Program-made: the position numbers and the translations under genes
DNA from: Planctomycetota bacterium
Lineage (GTDB): Bacteria > Planctomycetota > UBA1135
Direction: 5' to 3'
Length of the DNA stretch: 50,942 nucleotides
Assembly (NCBI GenBank): GCA_045047305.1
Contig: JASFYO010000073.1
Coordinates: 1 to 50,942, forward strand
In this document: one piece after another, positions 10,182-17,129 of the stretch
Layout of the letters: each line of letters begins with the position of its first letter
Numbering within the stretch: position 1 is the first letter of the stretch
The notes under the pieces: model-generated
The model's database searches: none
Seen by the model: the letters and a program-made list of their open reading frames with translations, nothing else
Told to the model about the DNA's origin: nothing

Positions 10182-11087
10182 CTATTCCTGTTCAGTTTGA
10201 GGGGCCTCAACGACCTTTGCTTGGGGATTAAGCACTTCAAGCCCCAATTCTTTACGGATTGCTTTCTGCAATTCCTTCGGCTTAAACCCACGCGGGCCCC
10301 GTTTACCGGCATAAGCAATTTTCCCATCCTTACCCACCAGGTACATACGATCCGGTTGCGCTTGGTAATTGCGATTCACCTGGTTATCGATGCCGTCGAC
10401 CACCGCCGGCAAACGCTTGAGAGAAAGACTCACCATGCACTTTCCGGCCACGGCAAAGCGCTCTTCAAAAGTGATTGGCTCCTCCACCAACGGTGCATTA
10501 CGCGCAGTGTTTGGCGAAGCGCCATCGAATGCGTGCGCTTCACTGATGTAAACCACTACGAATTGCACCTCCTTACCATATCGATCAAATAATTGATTTA
10601 GCCGACCGGCTGAATTGCGAAAGGGCGGTCAGGTGTACGAGCCAAAAATCAGAGCCACTGGTTTCTTGCCGATAAAGGAGGAGAGGCGAAGCGCTTGCGG
10701 ATGCGCCTGGCCCTTTGCGGCCTCCTTCTTTTCCACATCCACATCCTTAAGGATGAGCAAGCGCAATTCAAAATCCGGCGCGACTTCCCCCACCTTCGGA
10801 GCAAGCACCAAACGGTTACGGATTTTCCGGTCTTTGGGTCTCGGCTTCATGCGGTCGCCCGCCGCCTCGATATCGGCTTGAGTTAGGAAGCCATCTCCAT
10901 CAGTGTCAAGATTTGCGAAAGCATCAGCTCCACGTTTATGCTCCTTGGGCGAAATCTTGCCGTCGTGATTGGCATCGTATTTCTCCTTCAAGATTTCCCA
11001 CACCGGGGGCGGTGCCAAAGAAGAGGACACTGGAGGTTCTTCCTGCTGACACAGCAAGGTGAGCGTGAGTGTGGCGGCGCAAAGCAT
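10182..11087 (-). CDS. Probable selenoprotein: exported EF-hand + iodothyronine deiodinase-like (thioredoxin-fold) protein, Sec at in-frame UGA 10629-10631, ~301 aa
   Basis: Track ORFs 10629..11228 and 10182..10568 are in the same frame and joined by one TGA. Read-through gives KKPVALIFGSYT-U-PPFRNSAGRLNQLFDRYGKEVQFVVVYISEAH...VVDGIDNQVNRNYQAQPDRMYLVGKDGKIAYAGKRGPRGFKP, which matches the deiodinase GSxTUPPF / YIxEAH / PERLY signatures. EF-hand loops DANHDGKISPKE and DTDGDGFLTQAD. Confidence 0.88.
10596..10615 (-). promoter_or_regulatory. Putative bacterial SECIS hairpin
   Basis: mRNA reads UGA-CCGCCCUUUCGCA-AUU C AGCC GGUC GGCU A AAU. The stem has a GGUC apical loop starting 21 nt after the UGA; E. 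coli fdhF has GGUC 18 nt after its UGA. Confidence 0.7.
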
Positions 11088-11197
11088 GGGTGAAAACCCC
11101 AAGATAACACTTTGGGTGCTTAAAACCGCTAAGCCTAGCTCGGATAATGGATGTAGGCAGAGCTTCCACCGCAACATTTGGATAAACTTAGTGCGCC

Positions 11198-11467
11198 ATG
11201 GACATCCGCAACAAGACCCCGCGCCCACTCAAGATTTCGCTGCCTGGTGGCAAGGTTTTGCGCCTTGGACCACGCATGACCGGCCAGATTTCGCCTAAAG
11301 CTGCGGAACATGAGACGTTAAAGAAGCTGCTCGACGAAGGCGTAATTGAGATTCTCGGCGATGGCGGCACCAAGGGAGTTGGCGGCACGGTTACGGATTC
11401 TGGCAACGGGCCTGGCCAAGCTGGTCCAGCTGGAGGCGGCGCGATGCGGCGCAGCGGGGATCGCTAA
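11198..11467 (+). CDS. Small hypothetical protein (89 aa) with Gly-rich tail
   Basis: Protein-like sequence MDIRNKTPRPLKISLPGGKVLRLGP..LKKLLDEGVIEIL; fills the gap divergent from the selenoprotein gene. Confidence 0.65.
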   Translation: MDIRNKTPRPLKISLPGGKVLRLGPRMTGQISPKAAEHETLKKLLDEGVIEILGDGGTKGVGGTVTDSGNGPGQAGPAGGGAMRRSGDR

Positions 11468-11553
11468 GCCTAGAGGCGGATTGCCTCCTGAAATCCAACG
11501 AGCTTTGCCGATAGAGCAAGGATGGGCTGAACTGTGGCCTCATCTAGCTTGGC

Positions 11554-12255
11554 ATGGCCCTAGAACAGCAGACAATACCAACATCCACCCTTGTGCGGAC
11601 CTTATGGATCGCCCAGGTGTCGATCCTGCTCGCAAGTATGGCAGGCCAGGGGTCTCGGTTCTTCTTAGACCATCCGAGTGTGAAGGGCATCGTTCCACTC
11701 TTTTACGTCGACTATGAGCGCAATATTCCGGCCTTCTTTTCGATGTGCCTCCTATTTCTTGCCTCTCTCATTCTGCTTGCCATCACCGTGCAGCAGAAAA
11801 AGCACGGCCTGCAACATGTTTGGAAATGGGCCACTCTTAGCTTCGGCATGCTCTTTATGGCATACGATGAAGGCTTTCAAGTGCATGAGAATCTCACCAT
11901 GCCGGTGCGTGAACTTTTAGGCGGCGACGAATTTGGACTCTTCTACTTCGCCTGGGTGATTCCGGGCCTGATCGTAGTTGCCGCCCTTGGACTATTCTTC
12001 TTACGCTTCCTCATCTGGCTTCCTAGCGTAACTAGAAACCGCTTCCTGCTTGGTGGTGCCTTGTTCGTTGGCGGTTCCTGTTTCGTGGATATCGCTGGAG
12101 GCTACTATGCCGAGAACTGGGGCACCGATCACTGGAACTACAGCCTTCTCGCCACCTTAGAAGAGGGCATGGAAATGGGTGGCATCATCGTTTTTATCCG
12201 GGCGTGCTTACTTTATGCCCGCGAAAGTTTTTCCGAAATCCGCCTCCGCTTTTAG
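11554..12255 (+). CDS. Multi-pass membrane protein of unknown function
   Basis: About 6 hydrophobic helices with charged intramembrane motifs YERNIPAFFS, YDEGFQVHE and LEEGMEMGG. Confidence 0.75.
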   Translation: MALEQQTIPTSTLVRTLWIAQVSILLASMAGQGSRFFLDHPSVKGIVPLFYVDYERNIPAFFSMCLLFLASLILLAITVQQKKHGLQHVWKWATLSFGMLFMAYDEGFQVHENLTMPVRELLGGDEFGLFYFAWVIPGLIVVAALGLFFLRFLIWLPSVTRNRFLLGGALFVGGSCFVDIAGGYYAENWGTDHWNYSLLATLEEGMEMGGIIVFIRACLLYARESFSEIRLRF

Positions 12256-12272
12256 ATTCGTGGGACGAATGC

Positions 12273-12301
12273 AAAACGACCCAGCCCAAAAGCTAGGTCG
12301 T
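12273..12301 (-). terminator. Probable intrinsic terminator between convergent genes
   Basis: Minus strand ACGACCTAGC-TTTTGG-GCTGGGTCGT-TTT: 10-bp stem with one G-U pair and a short U tail. Confidence 0.45.
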
Positions 12302-12355
12302 ACGGATGCGACTGCAAATCAATCCCATAGAAAAGAGACGTGCGGTCCTTTGCGA

Positions 12356-12715
12356 CTAGCTTTGCTCTTTCTTCTTGCGACGACGCGAGAGCGCTCCAGC
12401 GGCAGATGCTCCACCTAGAAGCGCAATCATAGTGATAGGCTCTGGTGAGTTCATCGGCACGCTTCCACCGCCTTCACCACTATGGCCACCACTGCCACCG
12501 TTACCGTGGCCACTATTGTCGCCATCACCGTCGCTGCCGCCACCTTCGCTATTGAGATTTCCAGAACCGCCTCCACCGTGACTACGATCCGTGGGATTTT
12601 GCACATTTAGGCCGTTTGCAGCCATAAATGCACCACTTTCAGGGTGGAGTGTACTGGCTTGAGCACTACTGCCCACAAGGCACACAAGGAATAAGGAGGA
12701 AAGGAGGTATTTCAT
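12356..12715 (-). CDS. PEP-CTERM sorting-domain micro-protein, Gly/Ser/Asn-rich
   Basis: N-terminal signal peptide; C-terminal SPEPITMIALLGGASAAGALSRRRKKK (PEP motif, TM helix, basic tail). Confidence 0.85.
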   Translation of the reverse strand: MKYLLSSLFLVCLVGSSAQASTLHPESGAFMAANGLNVQNPTDRSHGGGGSGNLNSEGGGSDGDGDNSGHGNGGSGGHSGEGGGSVPMNSPEPITMIALLGGASAAGALSRRRKKKEQS

Positions 12716-12901
12716 GGGGATGTTTTGGGGGAGAGGACCAAGGCTGCGCTTGACTCAGAATACTATCCCCTAAAAACAAGGCCATTCTTAGGAAATCGCT
12801 TATTTTTTCCGCCAAGCCGCGAGCCCAAAACCAGCCCTCCAGCCCTTGGTGGCTAGGAGCAGGCGCTCCCAATCAGCTGCGGCGGCGGGTTAAGGTGGCA
12901 A

Positions 12902-15658
12902 GTGATGAGACATCGCATCAAGCCCCCCCACGTATTCCTCATCCTTCTGCTTGCCGCGATAGGCCTCTTTTTACTTTGCAAGCAAGAGGCATCCACTGCG
13001 GATCTGGCGGCCCCCGCGCACCTTGAAACCATGCCAGCCCCCGCCTCCGAACTTGCGGCGGCAGAGCTGGAAGCCGTCAGCAAGGAAGTTGCGGTGAACA
13101 CGCCGTCGGTAGAACGCCTCAACCCCGCGCCTCGCGAAAACGGCAAAACCTGGGTGGTCCATGGTTTTTGTGCCGAACCTCTACCTACCAAGGTCCAGCA
13201 GGCCGAGATCCGTGCCACGCTGCACGCCGGCCACCATGCCGATGCACCCATCCTCGAGGAAGCTGTGCTTAAGGCAAATGCCGAGGGTCAATTCTCCTGG
13301 GCGCTGACTCCCCCAGAACAGACCGTCTATCTCTATGTTCGCCCTAAAAAAACAGAGAAGTTGAGTGGCTATGGCGACGGGCGACGCATCTTGTTGGGCC
13401 AGAGTCCTCCGCAGGATCTTCGCGTGCGTTTCCTGACTTGGGACTTGCCGCTTCACGGCAGTGTTCTGGATATCGATGGAAACCCGATTCCAGATGCGAG
13501 CGTTTCAAGCTTGGGCCGCACCATCCCGATCAACGCACAAGGGCTGTTCTCTGGAATAGCGACCTCGTCGAACGAAAGCGCGGTGGTGACTGCGCGCGCT
13601 CCTGGCTTTGTGCCGCAACAGCAACGCTTCCCCACCGCAGGGCTCGCAGACAAGAACATCGAATTTCAACTTCTGCGCGGTATGAGCCTTGCAGGCTTGG
13701 TGGTCGACATCAATCATGTGCCGATCCAAGGAGTTGAGGTGAAAACCTTTACCCAAAACGCCGAAGCCGTCTATTCCGACGCAGCTGGGCGCTTCCGCCT
13801 CGGAGCTCTTGCCGCTGACAGTGGATCGGTCATGGTCTATGCCCGCAGTGCTGACTATGCCGAGACCATGATTCGCTTAGAGACCAGCGGCGAAGACATG
13901 ACGGACCTAGTTTTGATGATGCATCGCGGCGCCACGGTGCAAGGCAGCGTGATGCTCGAAGACGGCACTCCAGTAAAAGATGCCAATGTCTATCTCGGAT
14001 TTTCACCCTATGCCTACAACCGTGTCGACGCCTACACCGATGCACGAGGAGTCTTCGAGTTTGCTCACGTCGGCGCGGGAAGCAACACCTTGGTGGTCGA
14101 ACAACCCGGATTCTTGCCGCATAAAACCGAGTTCGAAATCCCAGCGGGATATGCCAGCGTAGAACCGCTACAGGTTGTTCTGCAACAAGGACTCAACCTG
14201 ACTGGCCTAGTGGTGGATACCGATGGCAACCCCATGGAAAAGGTCTGGGTTTCGGTTGCCATCGGCAGGTCTGATACCGCGCAACGCCCCAAAACAGATG
14301 CTGAAGGCCGATTCCGTTTGACTGGTTTGCCTGCTGAGAACGTCACCATTTCCCTCTACATGCCAGGGTATGTGCGGCTGGAGCATAAAACGGTTGCGGA
14401 GGATTATCAGAACTCGGATTTGCGTTTGGTGATGCAAAGCAGCAGCGGCATTTCTGGCACTGTGGTCGATGCTGTGACTGGCAAAGCGCTCGACAAATTC
14501 CGCATTCAGTTGTCGCACCCTACGCATCTTCGCGCTGACCAGACCTCGGTTCATTCGTTTTCGGCGAGTTGGAGCGCACCTGGAAAAACCTTCCACCAAG
14601 CGAATGGCAAATGGTCCGCCGTCGGTGAAGGATTCCAACCAGGATCCTGGATCGGCGTGAGCGTCTTCGCGGAAGGCTATGTTTCGCAAAGCATGGATGC
14701 CGTCCTTATCCCCGCAGACCCCGCAGCATCACCGCTTTCATTTGCGCTGCGTAAAGGAGCGGGCATCGAAGGCGTGGTGCTGCCGCAAGCCGGTGGTGCT
14801 CCCATTCACGGCGCTACGGTGACTGCCTTGCGCAAAGACGATTTAGAGACCTGGAGAGATCTGAAACGAAAGGGTTTTCCACAAGCCAAAACCGACAGCG
14901 AGGGGCATTTCCAGATGGACGGCCTCCCCTCCGGTGATCTATGGTTTCGTGTCGAGCATAAATCTTGGCCGAGCCAAACCGTAGGACCGATTTCCATGCC
15001 CGAGTCCGGATCGCCCGCACCATTGACCCTTCTGCTGCATGCTGGTGCAAGCCTCTATGGCAAGGTTCGTGGCCGCGATGGGATGGTGGTTCCAGGTGCC
15101 GAGGTTAGCGTCATGCGTCAGGCGCAAGGAGCATCTCCGCTGCTGATGAAGTCCACCACCACAGATCTGAATGGTGAGTATCGTTTCGAACATTTAGCCG
15201 ACGGAACCTATGACGTCAGCGCAGACCGGGTCCCCAACCTACCGGATTCCATTTCCATGACCTTGCGCACCCTGCTTCAAGATGGGCAAGACGTGCGCAT
15301 GGATTTCGACGCCACCGGCACGGCCTCGGTCAGCGGCGCCATCCTCTGGGACGGCGTGCTACCCAAACGGCTCCAAGTACAACTGTCGCTCCCTTCGCGT
15401 TGGGATGACAGCGCCTCGGCCTTAGTGCCGGGGGCCGCGATTTCCGTGGGCTATTCCACACAGGTGGTGGATGGAAAATTCCGTTTCCCCAACGGTTGGT
15501 TAGACTGCTACATTCGACTCCCCGGAGAAAGGAAGTCACAACCAGTAATCTCGGAGGCAACCTCATCTATGAATTGCCGAGGAGCAATTTTAATAAACTC
15601 CGACACTAACCAGTTATGCCTCCGCTTTAAGTGTTCTCGCAGCGTTAATGGATCGTAA
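12902..15658 (+). CDS. Membrane-anchored protein with repeated carboxypeptidase-regulatory-like (transthyretin-like beta-sandwich) domains; native C-terminus probably lost at ~15493
   Basis: Repeated G.V.D..G.P+..A.V and TD..G.F..L motifs. After DGKFRFPN (15493) the frame continues into AT-richer DNA antisense to the yaaC-like gene. Confidence 0.8.
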   Translation: MMRHRIKPPHVFLILLLAAIGLFLLCKQEASTADLAAPAHLETMPAPASELAAAELEAVSKEVAVNTPSVERLNPAPRENGKTWVVHGFCAEPLPTKVQQAEIRATLHAGHHADAPILEEAVLKANAEGQFSWALTPPEQTVYLYVRPKKTEKLSGYGDGRRILLGQSPPQDLRVRFLTWDLPLHGSVLDIDGNPIPDASVSSLGRTIPINAQGLFSGIATSSNESAVVTARAPGFVPQQQRFPTAGLADKNIEFQLLRGMSLAGLVVDINHVPIQGVEVKTFTQNAEAVYSDAAGRFRLGALAADSGSVMVYARSADYAETMIRLETSGEDMTDLVLMMHRGATVQGSVMLEDGTPVKDANVYLGFSPYAYNRVDAYTDARGVFEFAHVGAGSNTLVVEQPGFLPHKTEFEIPAGYASVEPLQVVLQQGLNLTGLVVDTDGNPMEKVWVSVAIGRSDTAQRPKTDAEGRFRLTGLPAENVTISLYMPGYVRLEHKTVAEDYQNSDLRLVMQSSSGISGTVVDAVTGKALDKFRIQLSHPTHLRADQTSVHSFSASWSAPGKTFHQANGKWSAVGEGFQPGSWIGVSVFAEGYVSQSMDAVLIPADPAASPLSFALRKGAGIEGVVLPQAGGAPIHGATVTALRKDDLETWRDLKRKGFPQAKTDSEGHFQMDGLPSGDLWFRVEHKSWPSQTVGPISMPESGSPAPLTLLLHAGASLYGKVRGRDGMVVPGAEVSVMRQAQGASPLLMKSTTTDLNGEYRFEHLADGTYDVSADRVPNLPDSISMTLRTLLQDGQDVRMDFDATGTASVSGAILWDGVLPKRLQVQLSLPSRWDDSASALVPGAAISVGYSTQVVDGKFRFPNGWLDCYIRLPGERKSQPVISEATSSMNCRGAILINSDTNQLCLRFKCSRSVNGS

Positions 15659-16567
15659 CGACTTAACTCACTCAGGCGGTGCATTGCAGCGAACGTGAGA
15701 CTCATGGGTGATCGGTTTACATAATGCTCTCCAATTTCTCCCCGCTTGATATACCAGAGCCGAGTGACTCCAAAGATATAGCAGATATCCTTGCGAGCTT
15801 TCCGATGATACTGCATGAGCCTTTCCATATTCGCTTTTGAATTTGGGGCCTTTGCATCCCACTTGAACCTCGCTTTCATTCGAATAGTTCCTTTTTCAGA
15901 TACGCCTTCATCGAACTCCCAAGTGGAAGGCAACTTATTAGCGGTATGCCTACTGTTGTACCTCTCCTCAAAATCGGCACACAACCAAGCCTCGGTAGTC
16001 TTGGGGATTCGAACGAATCGCAAGTTCTTAATCGGAATGTAGAGGTCTGTCATCGAAGCAAAGGTCAAAGAATTGGCCCGGTGGATATAGGGTAAGTTGT
16101 ACAGTGCTTGCCGAAGGGAATATTCAATTTTGCTAGTAGGCTCTCCAATAAGGCGGCAGAGACCAGCCAGAACGCCCCCTGACATGAACTTCACCCGCTC
16201 TGAATCCAAGGAAATCCTTGGCCCCTTCTTGCTGCCGCTGACTCCATGATCGGGACTAACATCTTCCCCCCTGACCTTCAGTAAGCATTTCGTGGCATTT
16301 AGGAAACAATAATAGGCTGGGAGAGGAGCGGATGTTGGAGGAAGAGCTCTTGCAGCTTCAGCAAATTCTCTGGCCTGCAACCAATATTCTCGAGCTTTGA
16401 AATGCTTCTTTCGCTTGAGCCACAAGTCTACATAGTCCCATGGATCTTCAACGAGGACTGTTTCAGATGAGAAATCTGGATTCGCAATAGCCTTCCGAGG
16501 CCGCAAAACTCTACTCCGGAATTTAATTTCTTGAAAAACCATAGGACTCACTCACACAAGTCTAACC
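15491..16567 (-). mobile_element. Integron-cassette-like unit carrying the yaaC-like gene (attC truncated)
   Basis: Minus strand: GTTAGAC (GTTRRRY core, 16566-16560) lies 8 nt before the start codon. Its exact complement GTCTAAC (RYYYAAC inverse core, 15505-15499) lies 2 nt after the stop and is followed by a 5-nt spacer and GTT. Confidence 0.5.
15508..16551 (-). CDS. YaaC-family protein, apparently horizontally acquired
   Basis: YaaC-like motifs QAREFAEAA..SAPLPAYYCFLNATKCLL..HGVS and MHRLSELSRYDP; DNA visibly AT-richer than its flanks. Start is GTG 16551 or ATG 16542. Confidence 0.75.
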   Translation of the reverse strand: MSPMVFQEIKFRSRVLRPRKAIANPDFSSETVLVEDPWDYVDLWLKRKKHFKAREYWLQAREFAEAARALPPTSAPLPAYYCFLNATKCLLKVRGEDVSPDHGVSGSKKGPRISLDSERVKFMSGGVLAGLCRLIGEPTSKIEYSLRQALYNLPYIHRANSLTFASMTDLYIPIKNLRFVRIPKTTEAWLCADFEERYNSRHTANKLPSTWEFDEGVSEKGTIRMKARFKWDAKAPNSKANMERLMQYHRKARKDICYIFGVTRLWYIKRGEIGEHYVNRSPMSLTFAAMHRLSELSRYDPLTLREHLKRRHNWLVSEFIKIAPRQFIDEVASEITGCDFLSPGSRM

Positions 16568-16784
16568 GGTAATCCTGCCGAGCTCTATGGAATCGCTTCT
16601 GCTCGCAACTCTAGTCAATATTACACTCTCCGGTTTAGGAGCTAGCCTTCAAAATCAAGGGTCTGGCGGGAAAAGATGAGTGCTCGGCGGACCGATATAT
16701 TCACCCAAGCATAATTCAGGACGCAAGGAGCTCTCAGCACAGGATTCCTGTGTTCATCGCTGATAACATCATGTGGATACAATC

Positions 16785-16827
16785 AAAAAGAGAAGACCTA
16801 GAAATCGCATGATTCCTAGGTCTTCTC
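16785..16827 (-). terminator. Intrinsic terminator after the duplicated tRNA 3' end
   Basis: GAGAAGACCTAGGAATC-ATGC-GATTTCTAGGTCTTCTC-TTTTT: 17-bp stem with one G-U pair plus a U tract. Confidence 0.8.
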
Positions 16828-16833
16828 CGAGAG

Positions 16834-16856
16834 TTGGTAGCGGGGGCAGGATTCGA
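16834..16856 (-). repeat. 23-bp direct repeat of the tRNA-fMet 3' end (att-like)
   Basis: ttggtagcgggggcaggattcga at 16834-16856 is identical to 16973-16995; identity begins in the T-loop. Confidence 0.92.
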
Positions 16857-16930
16857 CGCGAAGCGCGCGGAGAGAGGCGCAGCCGAACGTAGCAACCGTA
16901 GCCAAAGAAGACTGGGCCGCTGGCAAACGC

Positions 16931-16966
16931 AAAAAAGCCGGTCGCGCTTGCGCGAAACCGACTTTT
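16931..16966 (-). terminator. Intrinsic terminator directly after tRNA-fMet
   Basis: AAAAGTCGGT-TT-CGCG-CAAG-CGCG-ACCGGC-TTTTTT hairpin with a U tract. Confidence 0.7.
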
Positions 16967-16973
16967 CTGTGTT

Positions 16974-17049
16974 TGGTAGCGGGGGCAGGATTCGAACCTG
17001 CGACCTCCGGGTTATGAGCCCGACGAGCTGCCAGCTGCTCCACCCCGCG
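16974..17049 (-). tRNA. Initiator tRNA-fMet (CAU)
   Basis: CGCGGGG TG GAGC AGCTGGCA GCTC G TCGGG CTCATAA CCCGG AGGTC GCAGG TTCGAAT CCTGC CCCCGCT A CCA. 76-nt cloverleaf with CAT anticodon, three G-C pairs in the anticodon stem, unpaired C1/U72 and encoded CCA. Confidence 0.97.
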
Positions 17050-17062
17050 ATTCAGGCCGGAG

Positions 17063-17090
17063 ATTTTAACCCCTCTGAGGGGCGAGTCAA
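17063..17090 (-). promoter_or_regulatory. Sigma70-type promoter of tRNA-fMet
   Basis: TTGACT-16 nt-TAAAAT followed by a GC-rich discriminator CTCCGGCC, 13 nt upstream of the tRNA. Confidence 0.7.
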
Positions 17091-17129
17091 GCAAGCTATG
17101 GCTTAATCGACGGAGTATTTAGCCCGGGC

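Noticed and set aside
10569..10631. Reading the TGA at 10629-10631 as a true stop or nonsense pseudogene, giving two separate genes
   Set aside because: The TGA falls exactly on the catalytic Sec/Cys column of the deiodinase motif, the frame continues, and a SECIS-like hairpin follows.
16834..16995. Possible CRISPR array from the 23-bp direct repeat
   Set aside because: Only two copies, a 116-bp spacer, identity to the tRNA 3' end, and no cas genes.
15491..17049. Complete integron, prophage or IS element at the tRNA
   Set aside because: No integrase, transposase or phage gene, no full attC, and no further tRNA-end repeat at the far side of the yaaC insert.
16816..17106. ORFs 16816..17094 (-) and 16834..17106 (+)
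   Set aside because: They overlap the tRNA, its promoter and terminators; these are typical spurious translations of tRNA sequence.
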